Positions 44,286 to 53,666 are shown, counted from the first letter of the stretch. The stretch is 64,000 nucleotides of DNA from Deinococcales bacterium (GCA_025359505.1 JANYHH010000077.1:64784-128783), one strand, 5' to 3'. The notes: generated by a model from the sequence alone, not told the origin. Program-made: numbers and translations.

Positions 44286-46244
44286 TCAATTGGTTGAAGA
44301 CCCCAGCAGCTCGAGTACCGCAGCGCGGGTCAGGTCGAGCGGCTCGAGGGTCTCGAGCAAGGCGTGGGCTTTGTCCCGCTGCGCTGCCGCCTCGATTGCC
44401 AAGTCGTTTGGCGCGTGATGGACGGCGATCGCCAGTGCGCTGATCTCCAAGCCGCCCATGCCGAGTTCAGCGGCCGCAGCGGCGACCATGAGCGCCAAGC
44501 GGTAGCCGCCCGGCGAGGCGCTCTTTGTCGCCCGCAACAGGTGCGCTCGCAGCAGGTACGATCCCGGGCCGCTTTGCTCCAGTGAACGCTCGGCTTGGGT
44601 CAGCGTCGCGTCCCAATCCGCGCCGCGCTGAGCGCAGATTCGGGCGCTCAGCAGTTGCGCGAAGCCGACGCCCTTGGCGTGAACGCCCGCGCTGGCAAGC
44701 GCCCGCTCGAGGTCGCGCTCAGCGTCGTCGGGGCGGTTGAGCAGCAGGTACACCTGAGCGCGGCGATAAAAAACGAAACTGCACGGCAGATTGTTCGTCA
44801 CGCTCAGGCTCTCAGCCCGTGCCAGCCACTCGAGGGCTTCTTCAAAGCGCCCAAGCTGAGTCAGCACCTCGGCGCGATTGGCGTAACCGTAGCGTTCGTC
44901 ATCGACGAGTCCCGGCAACTGGCTCAGCAGCCGCGCAGCGATCTCGAGCGGCTCGAGGGCGGCTTGGGCGCGGCCCTGATGTTTATAGGTCATGGCGAGG
45001 TTGTTGAGCAGCGTGATGCGTTGCCGCCACGCGCCAAACAGTTCCAGCAGCGCGTCTGCTTCCAGATACGCGGCTTCGGCCTCACTGTAACGGTCAGAGT
45101 TGGCCAGCGACAGCGCGTACTCCGCCAGCGCGACGGCCGCCTCGAGCGAGTGGTGCGGCAGGGATTGCACGGCCCGCTGCTGCCACCCGAGCGCCTCGGA
45201 CGTGCGGTCAAGCCGCAGCAGTGCGGCCGCGATTTCAGCCTCGAGCTGCGAGCGCAAACCCGCATCGCCCGTCAGCTCCAATCCGCGCTCGGCGTGCCTT
45301 TGGGTTTCCGCGAACTGTCCACGCTGGTAATGCAACCACGCGCTAGCCAGCGCGGTTTTGGCGTGCTGCTCAGGCGTCTGCGCTCGGCTGGATAAGTCAA
45401 CAATCAGCCGCTCCAATGCGTCGGTGGCTTCGATTTCAGACAGCACCGCGCTGGCGGCCAGCAGCGTATCGAAGGCGGTCTCCGTGCGCCCGAGCGAATC
45501 CAGCACGCGGGTCGCCTCGAGCAGCGCGGCCACTTCGCGGTTGGAGTCGGATGAGCGTTGCGGCAAGCTGGCGGGCACGTGACCAACGCTCGGTAGGCGC
45601 ACGCCGCGAGCGACCAGCAAGGCGAGGCGCTGCGTTTCCAAGCTCGGCTCGAGGTTCAGTTCTCTTCTGAGCACGTCGCGGCAGGCTTCAAAGGCTCGTA
45701 CGGCCGCGGCGCGATCACCGAGCGCTTCGTGCAGGCGCATCACGCGGCGGTGATTGGCTTCGCTCAACGCCTCCAGCGCCACGAGTTGCTTGGCATAATG
45801 AAGCGCCGCGCCGTAGTCGTGCGCGGTTTCAAAAGCCGCACAGCGCTTGGCGTACCCCTCGAGTTGCCTGAGGGCTAAACGTTGGCGTTCGGTGAACAGC
45901 CAATCGTCAAAGGTTGGGCAGTCATCGTAGCTGAAGTTTCCAAGCAGCTCACCAGCGCCAGCTCCTGACTCATTGGACAAATGCAAATCAACCCGCACGT
46001 CAGCCGCAAGGCAAAGCTGATCATGGCCGACCAACAAACCCTTGGGGAGCTTAAAAACCACTTGCCGCAGGCTGTTGCGGGCCGCGCTTGCATCCGACCA
46101 CAGCCACGACGCCAGTTTAGCGCGGGCCTGCTGCCCCTCGAGCGCCAGCAATGCCAGCACAGCGGCCGTTTTACGATCCAGCAACGTGCGTTGCTGACCA
46201 TCGTACAGCGACGGCTGACCCCGCAGTTGCAGCTCGAGCGGCAC
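44286..46244 (-). CDS. SARP/AfsR-like regulator: winged-helix plus BTAD domain plus TPR repeats
   Basis: The N-terminus (LELQLRGQPSLYDG...RKTAAVLALLALEG...LASWLW) is OmpR/SARP-like. The BTAD segment is ALHYAKQLVALEALSEANHRRVMRLHEALGDRAAAVRAFEACRDVLRRELNLEPSLETQ. A long TPR-like helical region follows. Confidence 0.8.
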   Translation of the reverse strand: MPLELQLRGQPSLYDGQQRTLLDRKTAAVLALLALEGQQARAKLASWLWSDASAARNSLRQVVFKLPKGLLVGHDQLCLAADVRVDLHLSNESGAGAGELLGNFSYDDCPTFDDWLFTERQRLALRQLEGYAKRCAAFETAHDYGAALHYAKQLVALEALSEANHRRVMRLHEALGDRAAAVRAFEACRDVLRRELNLEPSLETQRLALLVARGVRLPSVGHVPASLPQRSSDSNREVAALLEATRVLDSLGRTETAFDTLLAASAVLSEIEATDALERLIVDLSSRAQTPEQHAKTALASAWLHYQRGQFAETQRHAERGLELTGDAGLRSQLEAEIAAALLRLDRTSEALGWQQRAVQSLPHHSLEAAVALAEYALSLANSDRYSEAEAAYLEADALLELFGAWRQRITLLNNLAMTYKHQGRAQAALEPLEIAARLLSQLPGLVDDERYGYANRAEVLTQLGRFEEALEWLARAESLSVTNNLPCSFVFYRRAQVYLLLNRPDDAERDLERALASAGVHAKGVGFAQLLSARICAQRGADWDATLTQAERSLEQSGPGSYLLRAHLLRATKSASPGGYRLALMVAAAAAELGMGGLEISALAIAVHHAPNDLAIEAAAQRDKAHALLETLEPLDLTRAAVLELLGSSTN

Positions 46245-46492
46245 GGGTTTCAGTCTACGTTGCCCCGCAGTGCTGACGCGGTGGAATTCAAACAGATTCG
46301 TGCTGGACTGGCTTTCAGGGTGACAGATTCAGGCGGTGGTCGGTGGCACAAACGATTGGCTGTCGCGTGTCAAGGGATTTTGACCATCAAAAGCATGACT
46401 CGTCTCGTAAGCTCACCAAAGGTTCATTTCACCTTCACCGCAACCCACAACTCTTGCTCAGCTCTTTCGCACACAAACCACGAAGGGAATCC

Positions 46493-47683
46493 ATGCTGAA
46501 CAACGCTTACTCCGTGGCCATCACGGCTCCACCCGCCGGCGACCTCACTCCATTCGTCGATGCACTGGCGCAAACACTGAACGCCCAAAACCCGCAAATC
46601 GTGCAGTTGCTCGAGCGCTTGCAGGCCGGGCCCGTGACCGTCACCAAACCGATTCCGGAGGACGCAGCGCGGCAGCTCGCGCAGCAACTCGAGCGGCTTG
46701 GCTTCAAAACGCAGGTGCGCGTCAGCGCCCAGCCAGCGCCGTCCACCAGCCAAGCACTGCCCCTCAGCAGCGATCTCGTCGCGCCGCCCGCGCCGCCAGC
46801 CCGCAAGCGCTCGAGCCTCAGCAACCGCATTTTGCTCAGCACATTGATCCCGCTGTTGGTGCTGATCGCGGCGATCCTCGGGTTCACCGCACTGAGCTTG
46901 CCGAGCACGGTCAGGCAACTGATTCTCGAGGGCGCGGATCAACTGGCCATCGCGGTTGGCAACTCAATCGAACTGAACAATCCGGGGGGTGAGAACCGCC
47001 GCTTGACGTTGCTGACCCAACAACCCAAGGTCTTTTTCGTGGCGGTCAAACTGCCCGATGGCTCAGCGCTGTTTCGCGCCAAAAACGCCGATGACGAGAT
47101 CATCGTTCGCACGCCACTGACTGAATTCATGGACGCCAATCCAGCGGGCGGCACGTACTCGTGGACGGACAACCGCGCTGCCGCCTTTGCGACGGTCATC
47201 AAGCAGATGCAGTCCTCAGGGCAAGCGACGGACGCATCTGTCAAATCAGTGCAGCAAAACGTTGATCGCACCGTGTCGTCGGCTGGGCAAGTGACGATTC
47301 TCGAGGTCAGGCGCATTGGCTTTAAAGAAATTGGCGGCGTGCGCCAAGTCGTGCCGATCAATCAAGCGGACTTCGTGGTCAGCGTTGGCGTGATCGCCAA
47401 TGACAGCTTGAGTATTCGCAATAACTTCCTACTGATCTTCGGTGTGGTCGCGCTGCTGGCGACCGTCGTGATCGTTGCCATCACCTCGGCCGCACTGCGC
47501 CGCGTGGTGCAACCGATTTTGGAGATGTCAAAAATCGCGGATCGCATCAGCATGGGTGAAATTGATCAACCCGTACCGAACTTTGGCAACGACGAATTGG
47601 GTGATCTGTCTCAGTCGATTGATCGCCTGCGAATCAGCGTCAAGGTGCTGTTAGAAAGGATGGTCAGCAAACGCAATTCTTAG
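46493..47683 (+). CDS. membrane sensor ending in a HAMP domain, with no output domain
   Basis: Soluble N-domain, TM1 (ILLSTLIPLLVLIAAILGF), a roughly 200-aa extracytoplasmic region, TM2, HAMP (RRVVQPILEMSKIADRISMGEIDQPVP...DELGDLSQSIDRLRISV), then the stop codon. Confidence 0.7.
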   Translation: MLNNAYSVAITAPPAGDLTPFVDALAQTLNAQNPQIVQLLERLQAGPVTVTKPIPEDAARQLAQQLERLGFKTQVRVSAQPAPSTSQALPLSSDLVAPPAPPARKRSSLSNRILLSTLIPLLVLIAAILGFTALSLPSTVRQLILEGADQLAIAVGNSIELNNPGGENRRLTLLTQQPKVFFVAVKLPDGSALFRAKNADDEIIVRTPLTEFMDANPAGGTYSWTDNRAAAFATVIKQMQSSGQATDASVKSVQQNVDRTVSSAGQVTILEVRRIGFKEIGGVRQVVPINQADFVVSVGVIANDSLSIRNNFLLIFGVVALLATVVIVAITSAALRRVVQPILEMSKIADRISMGEIDQPVPNFGNDELGDLSQSIDRLRISVKVLLERMVSKRNS

Positions 47684-47744
47684 CGCCGTCCGCTTTCTTT
47701 GTTGCCCGACGAAACATCTGCACAGCACGATCTGAAAGGTCAAT

Positions 47745-48854
47745 ATGAAAAAGTGGATTGCAACCCTAGGTATCCTGAGCCTCGCCGTCAGCAGCGCCCA
47801 AAAACCCTTCGATGTCGGCATTATCTTCAGCAACTCTATTAAGAACGACCGCTCATTCAACCAACGCACGTTTGAGGGTTTGCAGCGAGCCTCGAAAGTA
47901 TTTGGCAACGGCGTCAAAGAGTTTATTCCGAGCGATCCAACGCAAATCGAGGTTGGGATTCGCAAAATGGTCAGCGAAGGCGTGCAACTGATCGTGGGCG
48001 TAGGCTTCGCCAGTGAATCGGCGATCAGCGCCGTCGCCAAAGATTCGCCGAACACCAAGTTCGCGGTGATTGACGCTGTGCCTCAGGGCAGCAACACCAC
48101 CGGCTTGGTGTCTCGTGAGCAGGAAGGCTCCTACCTCGTTGGCTACATCGCTGGGACATCCTCAAGCACCGGCGTGGTCGGTTTCGTCGGCGGTATGGAC
48201 ATTCCACTGATTCACAAGTTTGAAGCCGGTTATCGCGCTGGCGTGCTGCGGGCCTGCCCAAGCTGCACCGTCAAAGCCGAGTATGTCGGCACGACCCCTT
48301 CGGCGTGGGACGACCCGGCCAAAGCCAAGGAGATCGCCGCTAAGCAAGTCGCGGCGGGCGCTGACATCATCTACGCGGCCGCTGGAGCATCGGGCAACGG
48401 CGCTCTGGATTTCGTCAAATCTCAACGCTGCCTGAACACCAACGATTTACCCAGCGGCATGCGTTTCAAAAGCACCAATATCGCCGCCAACGTCCCCAAG
48501 CCAGCCGCGTACTCGAAGGTGTGCCAAAGCACTTCGCGCCCGGTGTTTTTCATCGGCGTGGATTCAAACCAGAATTACCTCGGTGACACCGATAAAAATC
48601 CAAAAACGCTCAACGTCGTTTTGACTTCGATGGAGAAGCGCGTGGACAACGCTGTTTATGCCATCGTTCAGGCGTTCTCCAAAGGAGCGGCTTGGCGCAG
48701 CGGCGCGGTCGAGTTTGGACTTAAAGAGTTTGGCGTTGGTTACGCCGTGGACGAGTACAACAGCGCACTGATTCCCAGCGGTCTGATTGCGAAAATCGCA
48801 CAGATCAAACAAATGATCATCAGCGGCAAAATCGTCGTGCCAACCAAACGCTGA
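47745..48854 (+). CDS. BMP family (PnrA/Med-like) substrate-binding lipoprotein-type protein
   Basis: FDVGIIFSNSIKNDRSFNQRTFEGLQRA...LIVGVGFA...KFAVIDAV...GVVGFVGGMDIPLIHKFEAGY matches the basic membrane protein family. Confidence 0.85.
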   Translation: MKKWIATLGILSLAVSSAQKPFDVGIIFSNSIKNDRSFNQRTFEGLQRASKVFGNGVKEFIPSDPTQIEVGIRKMVSEGVQLIVGVGFASESAISAVAKDSPNTKFAVIDAVPQGSNTTGLVSREQEGSYLVGYIAGTSSSTGVVGFVGGMDIPLIHKFEAGYRAGVLRACPSCTVKAEYVGTTPSAWDDPAKAKEIAAKQVAAGADIIYAAAGASGNGALDFVKSQRCLNTNDLPSGMRFKSTNIAANVPKPAAYSKVCQSTSRPVFFIGVDSNQNYLGDTDKNPKTLNVVLTSMEKRVDNAVYAIVQAFSKGAAWRSGAVEFGLKEFGVGYAVDEYNSALIPSGLIAKIAQIKQMIISGKIVVPTKR

Positions 48855-48870
48855 AGCAGGAACACCCAAT

Positions 48871-48904
48871 AATGAACGGCCACCTGAGCAGGTGGCCGTT
48901 CATT
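48871..48904 (+). terminator. strong hairpin terminator after the BMP gene
   Basis: aatgaacggccacc-tgagca-ggtggccgttcatt has a 14-bp perfect stem followed by a weak T-tract (atttac). Confidence 0.65.
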
Positions 48905-49022
48905 ATTTACGAGACGCCGATTGAGCGTTAGAATGACTCGAGCACAGCGCCCAGCATCTGTGCTCGAGTCCAGCTCGCAGCGTTCAGTCCACTCCGGCTC
49001 AGAAATTGCGGTGATTGATTCC

Positions 49023-49718
49023 ATGAGTGCGCCTTTCCCACCCAACACTTCGGGTTCGTACACCCGCGAATCGCTCAGCCAGTTGCTGCGCGAGATTCAA
49101 GCGACCCAACTGTCTGGGGTCTTGCAGATGATGGTTTCCGACCACGCGGCCACGATGCAATTCATCCAAGGCAAATTGGTGTCCGCTGATTTGGCGGAGC
49201 TGGGTGGAGAGCTGGCGTTTCAGGGCATTCTCGCCAGTCAAGGTGGCGCTTACGAGTTCAAGGCAGGTTTCGTGCAATTTTCGCAAATCGGGATGAACAA
49301 ACGCATCTATGCTTCGCTCGAGTCGCTGCTCTCAACCAGTGAAGTGCAATCCTTAAATGGGTCGAAATCAGTGTCCACTGGTGTCAAACCGCTCGCAGAC
49401 TTCAACCTTGAGGCGTTTGATTTGGATGCGCTCTCTGACGACAACGCACCTGACAGTCCAGCCGATGTCAGACTTTCAGCGCAGAGGATGCCAGCGGGTT
49501 TCTTGAAGGCGCTGCTCTCGGAATTCGTGCGAAGTGTCGGGCCGGCCGGTTACGTGCTGATCGAGGAAATCGCTGTAGAACTCCGCCTTGACTTGCAGGC
49601 AATGACGCCAGCTCAGGCGACGCGTCTGACCGCCATGATGGTCGGACAGGTTCCCGTCAGCAAACGAAACGCTTTTCAAAGCAGTTGCGCGGGTTTTCTC
49701 GAGCAATTCAAGCCCTGA
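49023..49718 (+). CDS. DUF4388 domain-containing protein
   Basis: SLSQLLREIQATQLSGVLQMM...MQFIQGKLVSA...GELAFQGILASQGGAYEFK. The start is trimmed to ATG 49023. Confidence 0.55.
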   Translation: MSAPFPPNTSGSYTRESLSQLLREIQATQLSGVLQMMVSDHAATMQFIQGKLVSADLAELGGELAFQGILASQGGAYEFKAGFVQFSQIGMNKRIYASLESLLSTSEVQSLNGSKSVSTGVKPLADFNLEAFDLDALSDDNAPDSPADVRLSAQRMPAGFLKALLSEFVRSVGPAGYVLIEEIAVELRLDLQAMTPAQATRLTAMMVGQVPVSKRNAFQSSCAGFLEQFKP

Positions 49719-49739
49719 GGGTGACGGTCGCGCCCGTGG

Positions 49740-50030
49740 TCATCGAGGCGAATCGACCTCGAAAGTTCTGCATTCCAACACTGGGATCAGCAGTGCGCCC
49801 ATCTCATCATCCAAGTACTCGAGGTCTGAGCGCGGGATGCTCTTCCAATGCTCCAAAGTTTCCCAGCGGATCACGACGATGGTCGCGCCAGTGTCGGGTT
49901 CAAACCACGTTTCTTTACCGATAAACCCCTGACACTTCGACAGTGCCAGCGTCCAGACCTGCGCGTCGCGTGTCAAAAAATCGGCACGCAACTCGGGCGG
50001 GACGTCAAATCTCAACCATTCGATCACCAT
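49740..50030 (-). CDS. ABM-like (dimeric alpha/beta barrel) protein, TIGR03792-like
   Basis: 96 aa: MVIEWLRFDVPPELRADFLTRDAQVWTLALSKCQGFIGKETW...VIRWETLEHWKSI. Confidence 0.55.
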   Translation of the reverse strand: MVIEWLRFDVPPELRADFLTRDAQVWTLALSKCQGFIGKETWFEPDTGATIVVIRWETLEHWKSIPRSDLEYLDDEMGALLIPVLECRTFEVDSPR

Positions 50031-50191
50031 CGCTAAACATTAGCATGGCGAACAAGTCAACTCGAGACGTATAAAGCGCAAAGTGTCATAAAATCTCTGC
50101 ACATTTTACCTATTCGTGGAAAGAATCACCTCACAAATAGTCAAATTTTAGTCGTTTGATACCAAATGTTGCTACAGCCAGCACGTCCTGC

Positions 50192-50221
50192 TTGACACCC
50201 TCGAACGCGACGCGTTACAGT
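50192..50221 (+). promoter_or_regulatory. candidate sigma-70-type promoter for the ABC/amidohydrolase cluster
   Basis: TTGACA (50192-50197), 18-nt spacer, TACAGT (50216-50221), located in an AT-rich 230-nt intergenic region. Confidence 0.35.
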
Positions 50222-50261
50222 CTGTGAAACAAAGGTTTCTTCACACTCGAGAGGTCAAGTC

Positions 50262-51059
50262 ATGACACGAACCCAAGCCTTCACCGAACGCTCGAGCCGC
50301 AGTGAAACGCTGGTCAGTGTGCGCGGCGTCGATAAGCAATACGGCAATGGCACGGTTGCGATTTCTGGGATTGATCTCGAGGTGAAAACTGGCGAGTTCG
50401 TCTCGCTCGTCGGGCCCAGCGGTTGCGGCAAAAGCACTTTGCTCAGAATCATCGCTGGACTGGGTGAGGCCACCACTGGCGAGGTCTTGGTCGACGGCGC
50501 TGCTCCCGGCGACGCGCAGACCAGAGGGCAATCGAGCTTCGTTTTTCAGGAAGCCACCCTGCTGCCGTGGCGACCAGTGCGCCAAAACGTGGAACTGCCC
50601 CTAGAACTGATGAACGTCCCTCGCATCCAGTGGGCTGAACGCGTCGGTGAAGCGCTCCACATGGTTGGCTTAAGCAACTTCGCGGGCGCGTACCCGCGTG
50701 AACTGTCCGGCGGCATGAAAATGCGGGTTTCAATTGCCAGAGCGCTGGTGACCAAGCCGCGCCTGCTGCTGATGGACGAGCCGTTCGGAGCACTAGACGA
50801 AATCACCCGTCAACGACTCAACGACGATCTGATGCGCGTTAAGGAGATTACCGGCGCGACCGTGATTTTCGTCACTCACAACGTCTTCGAGGCGGTCTTC
50901 TTAAGCAGTCGAATCGTCGTGATGAGCGTGCGCCCGGGGCGAATCCTCGAGCAGATCGCAGTTGACACGCCCTACCCACGCTCGAGCGATTACCGCACGT
51001 CAGCAGCGTTCACCAAAGACGCGGGCGTGGTGATGAAATTGTTGGCCCACACCCATTAA
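50262..51059 (+). CDS. ABC transporter ATP-binding protein (NitT/TauT family)
   Basis: Walker A GPSGCGKST, signature LSGGMKMRV, Walker B LLLMDEPFGALD. Confidence 0.9.
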   Translation: MTRTQAFTERSSRSETLVSVRGVDKQYGNGTVAISGIDLEVKTGEFVSLVGPSGCGKSTLLRIIAGLGEATTGEVLVDGAAPGDAQTRGQSSFVFQEATLLPWRPVRQNVELPLELMNVPRIQWAERVGEALHMVGLSNFAGAYPRELSGGMKMRVSIARALVTKPRLLLMDEPFGALDEITRQRLNDDLMRVKEITGATVIFVTHNVFEAVFLSSRIVVMSVRPGRILEQIAVDTPYPRSSDYRTSAAFTKDAGVVMKLLAHTH

Positions 51060-51117
51060 CGCCGCGCTTTTCGCCAGTGAAGATCACTCCCTCGAGTGAT
51101 GAGCCAGAAAAAACGGA

Positions 51118-51966
51118 GTGACCATGACAGAATCCACACCCAAACCCGTCACCATCGCCGTCCCTCGAGAACTCAAAGCCCCCGCTTGGCTCGAGCGCTT
51201 CTTTCCGCCGCTGGCTTCGTTCGTGCTGTTCATTGCCGTCTGGCAGGGAATTATCCTCGCCGCGCAACTCAAACCGTATGTACTGCCCGGGCCGCTCGCG
51301 GTGATCGGCGCGGTCGTCGATAACCGCTCGAGTCTCGGAGAATCGGCGCTGTTCACCTTTCAGGCATCGTTCGTCGCGTTTTTGGTGGTGATGGTGCTGG
51401 GAACCGTGATCGCGTTCGTGCTGGCCAGCTCTAAATTTATCGAAAAAGCCTTTTACCCTTACGCGGTGATGCTGCAAAGCACGCCGGTGATTGCGATTGC
51501 GCCGATCATCATCATCTGGTTTGGTTTTGGATTCACCAGCATCGTCACGATCAGCGTGATCATCGCCATTTTCGCGGTGGTCGCCAACACCACGCAGGGA
51601 CTGATCAGCGTCGAAAACAACCTGCAAAACCTCTTCAAACTCTACGGAGCCACTAAACCGCAAACCCTGCTGAAATTGCGCCTGCCGTTCGCACTGCCGT
51701 TCATGGTCACAGGCTGGCGCATCGCGGCCGCACAGGTCGTGATCGGCGTGATCGTCGGCGAGTACATGGCCGGCGCTGGCGGCGGCGGCATGGGCGGGCT
51801 GGGCTTAATCATCGCCGAAACCAGTGCGCGGCTGCAAACCGCGTACTTGTTCGCGGCCGCGCTGTGCGCGGCCTTGCTCGGGATCGGGTTCTTCTTGGTT
51901 GTCAACCTGTTCGGGCATTTACTCTTAAAAAACTGGCACGAATCCGCGATTCAATTCGAGAACTGA
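51118..51966 (+). CDS. ABC transporter permease (NitT/TauT family)
   Basis: Multi-TM BPD-type permease, e.g. QSTPVIAIAPIIIIWFGFG. Confidence 0.85.
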   Translation: MTMTESTPKPVTIAVPRELKAPAWLERFFPPLASFVLFIAVWQGIILAAQLKPYVLPGPLAVIGAVVDNRSSLGESALFTFQASFVAFLVVMVLGTVIAFVLASSKFIEKAFYPYAVMLQSTPVIAIAPIIIIWFGFGFTSIVTISVIIAIFAVVANTTQGLISVENNLQNLFKLYGATKPQTLLKLRLPFALPFMVTGWRIAAAQVVIGVIVGEYMAGAGGGGMGGLGLIIAETSARLQTAYLFAAALCAALLGIGFFLVVNLFGHLLLKNWHESAIQFEN

Positions 51967-52047
51967 CCACCGATCCTCGAGCCAGCAACCTCAAACGCTC
52001 GAAACACACTTGCCGTCACATTTGCCCACTTTCGGGCTGGAGGATGT

Positions 52048-53022
52048 ATGAAGAAACGCATTGCACTGGCGGTACTCGGCGCGGGCTTGGCAGTTGGAGT
52101 GGCGTCGATGGTGAACGCGCAAAAAGCCATGCCAGAAGTCAGCATCATCCTCAACTGGTTCGCCGAGCCACCGCACGGCGGCTACTACGCGGCCGTGCAA
52201 GACGGTCTGTACGAGAAAGCGGGCGTTAAGGTCAAGCTGATTCCCGGCGGGCCAAATGTCGCGGGGTACAGCCTCGTATCGACCGGCAAAGCCGAATTCG
52301 CGCAGATGGACACGGCCGGCATTCTGCAATCACGCGAGCAGGGCCTGCCCGTGGTCGGCGTCTTCGCCGATCTGCAACTCTCGCCGCAAGTGCTGATGTT
52401 CCATAAATCCAACCCCGTCAAAGGCTTCGCGGATCTAGCCGGACGCCAAGTCGCCGTCACACCGGGCGCTCCGTACTGGGATTACATCGTCGCTAAGTAC
52501 AAACTCGAAGGCAAAGCCCAGCAAGTCAATTACACGGGTCAGGTCGCCACGTTCCTCAACGACAAAAAGCTCGTCAGTCAAGGCTACGCAGTCGCGGAAC
52601 CGTACACCATCGAACAGGCCGGCGGCGACATCGATTATCTACTGGTCAGCGATTCGGGGTTCAGCCCTTACGGAGTCTTGGGCACGAACGAGGATTTCTT
52701 AAAAAATAACCGCGCCGTCGTAAAAGCCGTGGTTGAAGCCAGTCAAGAAGGCTGGAACCGCTACGTCGCCAACCCCGCCAAATACGGCGACGCGATCAAA
52801 GCCGACAACAAAGATTTGACGCCGGGTTTCCTCGCATGGAGCGGCAAAGCCGTCGTGCCATTCGCCACCGGCAAAGATGGGCAAGTCAAAAAATACGGTT
52901 TCGGCACGATGCAACTCAGCCGCTGGAACGAGATTTACAAGGCGCTGAAAGCCGTCGGGATCTTAAAGAAGGATCAAGTCGTGCAGCAGGCCTTCAACAC
53001 GACCTTCATCAAAAAGCCATAA
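52048..53022 (+). CDS. ABC transporter substrate-binding protein (NMT1/THI5-like, SsuA/ThiY type)
   Basis: Signal peptide. ILNWFAEPPHGGYYAAVQDGLYEKAGVKVKLIPGGP matches the NMT1/THI5-like pattern. Confidence 0.85.
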   Translation: MKKRIALAVLGAGLAVGVASMVNAQKAMPEVSIILNWFAEPPHGGYYAAVQDGLYEKAGVKVKLIPGGPNVAGYSLVSTGKAEFAQMDTAGILQSREQGLPVVGVFADLQLSPQVLMFHKSNPVKGFADLAGRQVAVTPGAPYWDYIVAKYKLEGKAQQVNYTGQVATFLNDKKLVSQGYAVAEPYTIEQAGGDIDYLLVSDSGFSPYGVLGTNEDFLKNNRAVVKAVVEASQEGWNRYVANPAKYGDAIKADNKDLTPGFLAWSGKAVVPFATGKDGQVKKYGFGTMQLSRWNEIYKALKAVGILKKDQVVQQAFNTTFIKKP

Positions 53023-53042
53023 CCGTTGAGTGACATCAGTTT

Positions 53043-53067
53043 GGGGCGGGCGAACTCCGCCCCTTTC
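53043..53067 (+). terminator. rho-independent terminator after the NMT1-type SBP gene
   Basis: The stem-loop GGGGCGG-gcgaact-CCGCCCC is followed by TTTC. Confidence 0.6.
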
Positions 53068-53147
53068 ATCACCCTCGAGTTTGGAACGCATTTATACTGA
53101 GTCTCACCACGAGTCTCGAGTTGCTTGGCCTCACTCGAGGGGCAACG

Positions 53148-53666
53148 ATGCGCGTTTTTCTCGAGATAAAGCGGTCTATTTCAGAACTGGAGTTGTGTTT
53201 TTTGAACTTTGATTTGGTGACGGTCAAACAGGGAATTATTTTGTTCTGGGCGGTCTGGTTAACGCTGGTGGTGATCCTCAATTTGCTGGACGTGCTGAAA
53301 AACACGGGCGTGCTCAGCACCAATTGGAAGTTCAACAGCGGGAACTTCCCGTTCATGCAGGCGGTCGTGAAAGTCTACGGCACGCCAAATGCGATCACGT
53401 GGGCATTGTACGCGGGCGCGATTGTCTGGGAGATCGTCGCTATTGTCTTGCTGTGGGCTGCCTTAGGCACATTCGACCCGAGCAACTTGCGGTTGGTCAA
53501 TCTGGCGTTTCTGGTCAATCTGGCGCTGTGGGCAGTGTTCGTCATCATGGACGAGATTTTTCTGGCCTTCCTCGTGCCGGGCTTCAACATCATGGAAACG
53601 CACCGCAGCCTCTTCACCGCCAATCTGGTCAGCCTGATGGCAATTCACCTGTTGCCGAACACCTAA
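53148..53666 (+). CDS. hypothetical integral membrane protein
   Basis: Four predicted hydrophobic helices. GAGGGG RBS before ATG 53148. Confidence 0.5.
   Translation: MRVFLEIKRSISELELCFLNFDLVTVKQGIILFWAVWLTLVVILNLLDVLKNTGVLSTNWKFNSGNFPFMQAVVKVYGTPNAITWALYAGAIVWEIVAIVLLWAALGTFDPSNLRLVNLAFLVNLALWAVFVIMDEIFLAFLVPGFNIMETHRSLFTANLVSLMAIHLLPNT

Noticed and set aside
50031-50261. TPP or other riboswitch ahead of the NMT1/THI5-type ABC operon
   Set aside because: I found no CTGAGA...ACCTGATCTGGATAATGCCAGCG-type thi-box and no extended conserved helices. There is only a promoter-like TTGACA/TACAGT pair and a weak inverted repeat. An Rfam scan would settle it.
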